Source: an uncultured Chloroflexia bacterium (GTDB lineage: Bacteria > Chloroflexota > Chloroflexia > Thermomicrobiales > UBA6265). From it: a stretch of DNA of 64,000 nt. Below are positions 39,593 through 47,230 of the stretch, one piece after another. The stretch's first letter is position 1, and the number at the start of each line of letters is the position of its first letter. A program made the position numbers and the translations under genes. The stretch covers positions 192,001-256,000 of the forward strand of contig CAVRUC010000010.1 in NCBI GenBank assembly GCA_963724295.1. The letters run 5' to 3'. Below the pieces are notes generated by a model. That model was not told the origin of the DNA. It worked only from the letters and a program-made list of their open reading frames with translations, and ran no database searches.

Positions 39593-40237
39593 TCAGGCGA
39601 GCGACGATGCGATCATGACTGTGCTTAGCACGACGGCGATCACCACGACAAGCACCGCGACGATGAGAAACGCGGCAATCTCGATACCAATCGCCTTCCA
39701 GATACCGACCCCGAACGCAGTCCGCACCGCCATCACGCCGGTAACGAGCGTCCACAGCGCACCCATGGTGGCCAGGAGCGGGCCGACGACCGGGATCGGC
39801 GTCAGAAACGACGCCAGGGTCGGAGAGTAACCCCATGCCACCAGCCGCCGCATCTCCACGGCGGTGACCTGCCGTCCCTCCTTGCCCGCTACCCGGTTCC
39901 CGATGACCCGCAGCAGCCACGACGACAGATACCAGCTCAGAATCGTGAGCAGGATGGCGACGACCAGCGCCGTGACCTGACGCTCGGTGGTATCGAACGT
40001 GAACGCCGCCGCCAGCGCGGCAACATCTCCGGCCATCTCCTCCGTCATGCCAGGGAACTCGACGACGATCGGGGTGATGATCCAGGCGATGCCGTTAGCC
40101 AGGCCCAGGAGTACGACGATCCACCACGACTGGCTGGTAGCCTCCGGGTCCCGCTGAATCGCCTCGTAGGTCGGTCGCTTCAGGCGGATAACTCCGGACA
40201 GACGCTCCCAGAATGATTCCTGCAATACAGACAGCAT
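39593..40237 (-). CDS. Yip1 family membrane protein (paralog)
   Basis: RLSGVIRLKRPTYEAIQRD, MRRLVAWGYSP, IPVVG. Confidence 0.78.
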   Translation of the reverse strand: MLSVLQESFWERLSGVIRLKRPTYEAIQRDPEATSQSWWIVVLLGLANGIAWIITPIVVEFPGMTEEMAGDVAALAAAFTFDTTERQVTALVVAILLTILSWYLSSWLLRVIGNRVAGKEGRQVTAVEMRRLVAWGYSPTLASFLTPIPVVGPLLATMGALWTLVTGVMAVRTAFGVGIWKAIGIEIAAFLIVAVLVVVIAVVLSTVMIASSLA

Positions 40238-40326
40238 CTGCCCCGTTCTCTCCCTCGCGGCACTAGCTCGGCCCGTCTCCCGCAGCGAGAGAGTTTACCG
40301 GTCTGTCGGCTGTTGTGGATGGAGGG

Positions 40327-41658
40327 TTATGAGTGGGCGAATGACTCGTCCAGAATGCGCACCGCGTCGTCGACGTCGCGCTCACTCACGATCAGCGGCG
40401 GGCAGATGCGAATCACGTTGGCGTGCAGCCCGCCGCGCCCGATGATCAGCCCGCGTCGCTTGGCCTCGTTCTGGACCCGCCCCAGGACGTCCGGCGCCGG
40501 CTCCTTCGTCACCCGGTCGCGAACCAGCTCGACGGCGACCATCAACCCCATCCCCCGCACGTCGCCGATGACCGGGTGCCGCTCGGCCAGCTCGCGCAGC
40601 CGCGTCATGAGGTAGCCCCCTACCAGCCGGGCATTCTCGCGCAGATTGTGGGTGGCGATGTAGTTCAGGTTCGCCATGGCGGCGGTGGTCGCCACCGGGT
40701 TACCGCCGAAGGTCGACAGCGAGAGGGAGCGGATAGCGCCAGCCAGATCGTCGGTGGCAATCACGCCGCCGATGGGGACGCCGTTGGCCAGCCCCTTGGC
40801 GAAGACAACCACATCCGGCTCGACGCCGTACGCCTGGAACCCCCAGTCGGCAACGCCGATGCGCCCCCAGGCGGTCTGCACCTCATCGCTGATGAAGGGG
40901 ATGCCGTAGCGATCGAGGATCTCCTTGACCCGGACGAAATACTCGGGCGGTGGGGTGATGAACCCGCCCACCCCCTGCACGGGCTCGGCGATGAAAGCCG
41001 CCGGCTGGCCGCTCGTGGTCGTGCGGATGACCGCTTCGACGTCGCGAGCGCACAGCAGATCGCACTCCGGATAGGTCTTCTCCCACGGACAGCGGTAGCA
41101 ATAGGGATTGCCGACGTAATGGACGTGCAGCGGCGAGAGCGTGCTGGAGCGCCATGGCGTCTGCCCGGAGGCGTTGATCGTGGCGAAGGAGCGGCCGTGG
41201 TAGGAGTGGCGAAGGGCGATCAGCTCGTTCGATTGGCGGTTGAGGGTGGTGATCAGAAAGGCGGCCTCGTTGGCCTCGGTGCCGCTGTTGGTAAAGAAGA
41301 CCTTGTTCAACCGGGGCGGAGTCATCATCCGCAACCGCTCGGCCAGCTCGATCTGGGAGCGGATCAGGAAGAGCGTGCTGGAGTGAATGATGCGGTCGAG
41401 CTGCTCCTTGATCGGCTCGTTGATCTCCGGGATGGCGTGGCCGGAGGAGACAGTGGCGATGCCGCCGAAGAAGTCGAGGTACTGCTTCCCCTCGCCGTCG
41501 AAGACATACTGCCGCTCGCCGCGGCGCAGCTCGATCGGCTCCTCGTAGAAGAGCCCGACGCTCGGGAACAGGCTCTCCTGGTGCCGGCGCAGTAGCTCAT
41601 CGGCGTCACCGGGCCACTCGGTCTCGATGTCGGCGACGTGTTCCCGAAGGTCGGTCAT
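40327..41658 (-). CDS. Class III aminotransferase
   Basis: YLDFFGG, NSGTEANE, SYHGRS, AEPVQGVGG, DEVQTAWGR, FAKGLANG, STFGGNP. Confidence 0.95.
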   Translation of the reverse strand: MTDLREHVADIETEWPGDADELLRRHQESLFPSVGLFYEEPIELRRGERQYVFDGEGKQYLDFFGGIATVSSGHAIPEINEPIKEQLDRIIHSSTLFLIRSQIELAERLRMMTPPRLNKVFFTNSGTEANEAAFLITTLNRQSNELIALRHSYHGRSFATINASGQTPWRSSTLSPLHVHYVGNPYCYRCPWEKTYPECDLLCARDVEAVIRTTTSGQPAAFIAEPVQGVGGFITPPPEYFVRVKEILDRYGIPFISDEVQTAWGRIGVADWGFQAYGVEPDVVVFAKGLANGVPIGGVIATDDLAGAIRSLSLSTFGGNPVATTAAMANLNYIATHNLRENARLVGGYLMTRLRELAERHPVIGDVRGMGLMVAVELVRDRVTKEPAPDVLGRVQNEAKRRGLIIGRGGLHANVIRICPPLIVSERDVDDAVRILDESFAHS

Positions 41659-41811
41659 GGTGGGTCCTTAAGACGGCAGACATGGGTGTAGAGTGGTTAC
41701 TCGCTGCGCTCGTGGTGGCAGGGTGTCTGCGTGCCCGCGTCTACCGCCACCCTAGCACCCCGACCGACCCGGCACTATGACCCGCACCAAACTATGACGC
41801 TGCGTCCGCGC

Positions 41812-42819
41812 TTATCCTCTCCCCACGCGCCGGATGAACGCGGCGATCGCCAGCAGCATTCCCGCCACCGCCAGCCGTTGCCGCATTGGATGGAACTCGA
41901 ACGTCCGGGTGTACCCATTCCCCGGGATCGTGATGCGGTCGAACTCGCCGCGTACGGCGTAGGTACCCGCGGCCGGCGCGAAGAGGTTGTCGACGCCATC
42001 ATCCGGCCGGGTCGACTGCTGCATCTTGAACGCCAATCCGCCGATCGTCATCAGCCGGTCGAGCAGGCCCGGGCTCAGGCGCTGCAGGAGCAAGACACCC
42101 TTCGCCGCGCCGCCGACCACGATCTCGCGGGTCGGGTGCTCGGCCGCCCAGACGATCGCTTCGGCCACCGCGGCCGGTTCGTAGGCCGGGGGAGTCGGGC
42201 GCGGCAGCACGCCCAGCTTGGAGCGGGCGTGGTTGAAGAATGGTGTATTGATCCCGTAGGGAAGGATCGTCGTGACGGAGATGCCTGCTCGGTCGTGATC
42301 GAGCTCCATGCGCAGCGCCTCGGAGAACCCGACGATACCATGCTTCGCCGCGCTGTACGTCGCCAGCAACGGAACGGCTCGCCTCCCCGTTACGGAGGAG
42401 ATGTTGATCAGCGTGCCTCCCGTCCGGCGCAGATAGGGCAACGCCGCCTTCATGCCGTAGATCGTTCCCAGCAGGTCGACCTCGATGATGCGCCGTATCT
42501 CGTCGGTCGTCGTCTGCTCGACGGTGCTGTAGGTGGAGACGGCCGCACCGTTGACCCAGGTGTCGATACGGCCGAAATGGCTCGCGGCCTGGTCCGCCAC
42601 TCGTTGGATCTGTTCCGGGTCGGAGACATCGGCTGGAGCTACGAGTGCCCTGCCTCCCAGCGCCTCGACTTCTGCCGCCGTCTCCCGTAACGCCGCTTCG
42701 TTCCGGGCGACCAGTACGAGCGATGCGCCACGCCTCGCCAGCTGATGCGAGGTCTCCCGGCCGATCCCGGAAGACGCTCCTGTAATGACGATGACTTGTT
42801 CAGAAAGGGGTTGGGGCAT
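41812..42819 (-). CDS. SDR family oxidoreductase
   Basis: ITGASSGIG, YSAAK. Confidence 0.93.
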   Translation of the reverse strand: MPQPLSEQVIVITGASSGIGRETSHQLARRGASLVLVARNEAALRETAAEVEALGGRALVAPADVSDPEQIQRVADQAASHFGRIDTWVNGAAVSTYSTVEQTTTDEIRRIIEVDLLGTIYGMKAALPYLRRTGGTLINISSVTGRRAVPLLATYSAAKHGIVGFSEALRMELDHDRAGISVTTILPYGINTPFFNHARSKLGVLPRPTPPAYEPAAVAEAIVWAAEHPTREIVVGGAAKGVLLLQRLSPGLLDRLMTIGGLAFKMQQSTRPDDGVDNLFAPAAGTYAVRGEFDRITIPGNGYTRTFEFHPMRQRLAVAGMLLAIAAFIRRVGRG

Positions 42820-43003
42820 GGCGTGCCCTCGGTCCATGATGCCTGCGGTGCGCCGCGACACGGGCGTCTTGGCAAGCGTCGTGTCGTGAGCTTGCAGAAT
42901 CTCGTCGTCTGCGTCGGCCGCGACACCCGGGTCGCAATCGCTGTGCCAGCGGAACGGGACGCGCCGGCGGAACCGGCGCTTCTGGTTCAGGGAGCTACAG
43001 GGG

Positions 43004-43633
43004 CTACCGGGGCGAACGGCAGACGGACGACGTGCGGCTCTGCATCGTCTCGCCGTTGTGGCGCAGCACGATCGAGAAATGCTCGATCGCGTGCGTGGCA
43101 CGACCCTCGATCTGGCGCGGATCGACCGGGTCATACCAGACCATCTCGACAGTGACCGAGTACGTGGCACGCGCCAGCGGGAACCCTGCCAGCCAGCCTT
43201 GACCGTTGAAGTAGCTGGCGAGCCTGTCATTAGCCACCATGCGCGTCATCCCACTGCGACGCACCACATGCCAGATCCCGGTAGCTTCGTTCAGCGCCGA
43301 GACGGTCGCCCGCCAGCCGACCTGCTGTTCGTCGACTGCCTCGGTACGGTTGATCGCGAACATGATCGGCGGATTGACCCGTAACCAGGTCTCGCCGAGC
43401 GAATCGTGACCCGGCAGGACGATGTCGCAGACCGCTCCCGGGGAGTCATGCATGTCGGCCAGCCGGTGGCGCCCGGTCAGGCCCTCGTGGCCCTGCTCGA
43501 AATCCGCCCGGGCCACCGGCACGCCGGCGAAGAGCAGCGCGCCGCAGACCAACGCGGCCAGCCGAAACGTGGCTGGCCGCCGGTCCCGGCGGCGTACCTT
43601 CGATTCGCTGGAAACCGTACACTTGCCGTTCAT
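43004..43633 (-). CDS. Hypothetical secreted protein
   Basis: Basic region plus signal peptide ending ARA-D; beta-rich body with a probable disulfide. Confidence 0.6.
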   Translation of the reverse strand: MNGKCTVSSESKVRRRDRRPATFRLAALVCGALLFAGVPVARADFEQGHEGLTGRHRLADMHDSPGAVCDIVLPGHDSLGETWLRVNPPIMFAINRTEAVDEQQVGWRATVSALNEATGIWHVVRRSGMTRMVANDRLASYFNGQGWLAGFPLARATYSVTVEMVWYDPVDPRQIEGRATHAIEHFSIVLRHNGETMQSRTSSVCRSPR

Positions 43634-43848
43634 CGCGCCGGGGAGCCGATCTGTCGATCGATGCGCTCAACGAACCGCGTCCGGGTGCGGAATACACCGT
43701 ACCACGGGTGTGGGGGCATTCACGGAGCGCTGTGTTGCGAACGACCGCGCCGCGAAGAAGGCGTCACGCCGAGGCACGCTGCCTCTCGTCTTGAATCGCT
43801 TGCCCGCTGGCGGAGAACCGGGATCTTCCTGGCTGAGGAGTTGTAACG

Positions 43849-44964
43849 ATGCGCGGGAAATCGGCCATCCTCGACGGTCCTGAGGGGGCGTTTGTCGTCG
43901 CCGAGGCGGATGTCCCCGATCCCGACCCGAACGGGCTGCTGGTGCGACAGGAGCTGTGCGGGATCTGTGGCACCGACGCCTATGTCTATCGCGGCGGCCT
44001 GCCCGGGGTGACCTTTCCCATCGTGCTCGGTCACGAGACGGTGGGCGTCGTCGAGCAGCTCGGCGCGAATGTCCGGGAGGACAGCACCGGGCGCCCTCTG
44101 GCCGCGGGTGATCGCGTCTACATCCAACCGGGCATGTCCTGCCGGCAGTGTCTCTACTGCGTGGTTCACCAGCAGCCGACGCTCTGCCTGAAGCGGCGGG
44201 GCTATGGCTTCCGCCCGCTCAAAGACGCGCCGCCTGATTTCCAGGGCGGCTTCAGCCAGTACCTCAATCTCGTCCCCGGCTCGACCTATCTCAAGATGGA
44301 CACCGACGCCGCCACCGCCGTCGTGCTCGAGCCGCTGACCATCGGGCTGCATCAGGTGAGCCGGGTGAGCATGCCGGTCGGGTCGACCGCCGTCATCCAG
44401 GGAGCTGGCGCCATCGGTATTCTGACGCTGGTCGCTGCCCGCGAGGCCGGCGCGCTGCGCACGATCGTGGTCGGCGCGCCGGACTCTCGTCTGGAGCTGG
44501 CGAAGACCTTCGGCGCCGATCTCACCATCAGCATCGACGAGGTGCCCGATCCCGCCGAGCGGGTGCGCCTGGTACGGGAGGAGACGCCGGGCGGTTACGG
44601 CGCGGACATCGTCTTCGAATGCACCGGGGTGCCAGCGTCACTCCCGGAAGGACTCGATATGCTGCGCCGGGGCGGCACGTATGTCGAAGCCGGGCATTAC
44701 ACCGATCACGGCGACGTGGCGCTCAATCCGTTTCGTCACATGGTCCACAAGCAGATCACCCTGGTGGCTGTCTGGGGCGCCGACACTCCCCACTTCGTGG
44801 CCGGCCGGGCGCTGATCGAGTCAGGCAAGTACCCCTTTGCCGATCTCGTCTCCCACCGCCTGCCACTGCACCGGGTCGCGGATGGAGTCGCGGCCATCGG
44901 CGGCACCTACCGGCTCGACGGCAAGGAGATCCGCAAGGTGGCCGTCGCCGCGCACGATGCCTGA
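43849..44964 (+). CDS. Zinc-binding alcohol dehydrogenase family protein
   Basis: GICGTD, LGHE, CRQCLYC..C, GAGAIG. Confidence 0.94.
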   Translation: MRGKSAILDGPEGAFVVAEADVPDPDPNGLLVRQELCGICGTDAYVYRGGLPGVTFPIVLGHETVGVVEQLGANVREDSTGRPLAAGDRVYIQPGMSCRQCLYCVVHQQPTLCLKRRGYGFRPLKDAPPDFQGGFSQYLNLVPGSTYLKMDTDAATAVVLEPLTIGLHQVSRVSMPVGSTAVIQGAGAIGILTLVAAREAGALRTIVVGAPDSRLELAKTFGADLTISIDEVPDPAERVRLVREETPGGYGADIVFECTGVPASLPEGLDMLRRGGTYVEAGHYTDHGDVALNPFRHMVHKQITLVAVWGADTPHFVAGRALIESGKYPFADLVSHRLPLHRVADGVAAIGGTYRLDGKEIRKVAVAAHDA

Positions 44965-45002
44965 ACGGAGTCGCAGGTCGGAGGTCGGAAGTCGGAAGTG
45001 GG

Positions 45003-45581
45003 ATGTTGAGCGAAGAGAGGCGAAAGTACGGCGGCGAAGCTGTCGCGGCGGCGGCAGACCCCGCGACCTGGGAGATCTGGCCGGCTCCGGAGGGACATCG
45101 CGAGGTCCTCTACCAGCGCTTCCCCGAATTCACCTGTCTTTGCCCGCGCTCGGAGTACCCGGATTTCGCGACCGTCCATCTGGTTACCATCCCGGACCGC
45201 AAGGTGCTGGAGCTGAAGCACCTCAAGCTCTGGCTGAACAGCTTCCGCGACCGCGCCATCTCTCATGAGCTGGCCACGGCGGAGATCGTCGATACCCTCG
45301 CTCGGACGCTCGAGCTGTCATACGCCTTCATCCTCATGGAGTACACCCCACGCGGCAATCTGCTGACCGTGCCGATGATCGAGTACCGTCACCCGCATCT
45401 CTCCAGTCTGGCGGAGGAGGACCGATTGACTGTGGCCCTGGCAAACGCCACGCGGGTACGCGATCGGCTGATCGATCTCGCGGTCGCGACGCGCCAAGCC
45501 GTAGGGCGAGCGTGGCTAGGGTGGCAGGGAGAACGACGTCTGGATTCCCCGCCACCCTGCCACCACGAGCGAAGCGAGTAA
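45003..45581 (+). CDS. queF: preQ1 synthase (type I 7-cyano-7-deazaguanine reductase) with C-terminal extension
   Basis: PEFTCLCPRSEYPDFA, ELKHLKLWLNSFR, SHE, PRG. Confidence 0.85.
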   Translation: MLSEERRKYGGEAVAAAADPATWEIWPAPEGHREVLYQRFPEFTCLCPRSEYPDFATVHLVTIPDRKVLELKHLKLWLNSFRDRAISHELATAEIVDTLARTLELSYAFILMEYTPRGNLLTVPMIEYRHPHLSSLAEEDRLTVALANATRVRDRLIDLAVATRQAVGRAWLGWQGERRLDSPPPCHHERSE

Positions 45582-45660
45582 CCACCCCATCACCGTGAGC
45601 GTAGCGAACAACCACCGTGAGCGCAGCGAACCCTCGCCCTTCGTTAGCAAGGAGCCGCAG

Positions 45661-46017
45661 ATGGATACCGCGACCGCCGAGACGCTGGCCACGATCGAGC
45701 GCTTCAACGACGCTTTCAACCGGCACGACGTCGACGCCGTGATGGCGCTCATGACCGACGACGTCGTCTTCGAGAACACCTCCCCGCCGCCCGACGGCGA
45801 GCGGCATCAGGGGCAGGCGGCGGTGCGCGCCTTCTGGGAGACCTTCTTCGCGGGATCGCCGCGGGCGCATTTCGCGGCCGAGGACACCTTCGCCGCCGGC
45901 GACCGTTGCACGGTCCGCTGGCGCTACTCCTGGGGCGACGGCTCTATCCGCGGCGTCGACGTTTTCCGCGTCCGGGATGGCAAAGTCGCCGAGAAGCTTT
46001 CCTATGTGAAGGGCTGA
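45661..46017 (+). CDS. SnoaL/NTF2-like protein
   Basis: FNDAFNRHDVDAVMALMTDDVVFENT, RGVDVFRVRDGKVAEK. Confidence 0.88.
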   Translation: MDTATAETLATIERFNDAFNRHDVDAVMALMTDDVVFENTSPPPDGERHQGQAAVRAFWETFFAGSPRAHFAAEDTFAAGDRCTVRWRYSWGDGSIRGVDVFRVRDGKVAEKLSYVKG

Positions 46018-46194
46018 TGCGAAGAGCGGCCGTTACGCCCTCTCCATGAGGGTGCCTTCACCGCCAGCCAGAAGCTCCACGACTTCTCCCTACGCCTTCA
46101 GCGTGCTCTTCGCACCCCTCTTGACAAGGGGGGACGTTGGCCGGAAGATGAACGAGGGTCGCGATCGCGGCCCTCTCAGTTCGTCGAATCGCGG

Positions 46195-46762
46195 ATGGTG
46201 CTCGTGGAACCCCGCTGTTCTGGTGCCCGCAATGCACCAATTTCCTCGGCTCTGCAGTCGCGCCGCAGCGCGCTGCGGCGTCTTTGCGGCGCTGTCGCGG
46301 TACTGCTCGCGGCACCCGCCGCCTCTGGCCGCCCCGCGTCCGCCCAGGAGATGACAGACCCTGGGCCCGGTCGGTGGCAGACCGGAGACAAAGAGGTTGT
46401 CGTCTCGCTCGGGGCGCAACGCCTCTGGGCCTACGAAGGTACGGCTGCCCATCCTCGCCACCTTCGTCAGCACCGGCACCGCCGACACGCCGGAAGTGGT
46501 GACGCCGATTGGGCAATGGCGCATCCTGGTCAAGTTGCCGATGGAGACCATGACTGGAACGGTCAACGGCGAGCCGTACCAGGTCGAGGATGTCCCCTAC
46601 GTGATGTATTTCACCGACGAGGGGCACGCGCTGCACGGCACCTACTGGCACAACAACTTCGGTGCCCCGATGAGTCACGGCTGCGTCAATCTGCCCATGG
46701 ACGTGGCCGAGTGGATGTACCGCTGGGCGCCGGAGTGGACCGCCGTCACTATTATCCCCTGA
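46195..46762 (+). CDS. L,D-transpeptidase (YkuD), frameshift near 46445, start uncertain
   Basis: VVSLGAQRLWAYEG / VSTG..TPIG..ALHGTYWHNNFGAPMSHGCVN. Confidence 0.87.
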
Positions 46763-46835
46763 CCCGCTGCTCACTTCACTCGAAATCTGTTGCGGCTAAC
46801 GCTACCCCGGGAGTCCGGCGCTGCGAGAGGAGTGT

Positions 46836-47184
46836 CTACCCCTTCCAAAGCAGCGTGTACACGCGCTCGGCGACGAGCAGCCCGACGACCGCCACAAAGA
46901 CCGATGGTCCCAGCCACCTCCAGGTGCGTTGCGGCACGATGACCTGCCAGAGGAGTACGCCGATGGCGAGGGCCAACGTCGGCAGCAGGAGCCGGGGGTG
47001 CTGCCAGTAAATATTCGGGAAGAACTGGTAGAGGGAGCCCGTCAGCGAGCAGGGTTGGCTCGGCCGTCTTGGCCGCATCCGGAAGGATGCCGCGCAGGAT
47101 TGGTAGCGGCTTGAAGACGTTAGCTGACCCTGGCCGGCACGGAGGAGACCCTGCTGAAGGCTCCGGCGTGGTCCTGGCGGGCAA
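46836..47184 (-). pseudogene. Fragment of a membrane protein gene
   Basis: C-terminal 2-TM segment YQFFPNIYWQHPRLLLPTLALAIG..; no coherent start; frame changes upstream. Confidence 0.35.
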
Positions 47185-47230
47185 TCAGACGACGCGAACT
47201 GCCCGGTGGCGCTCGCCCGGAAAGCCCGTG

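Noticed and set aside
44619..45002. N-terminal extension of the QueF ORF
   Set aside because: Overlaps the ADH gene out of frame; QueF similarity starts after 45003
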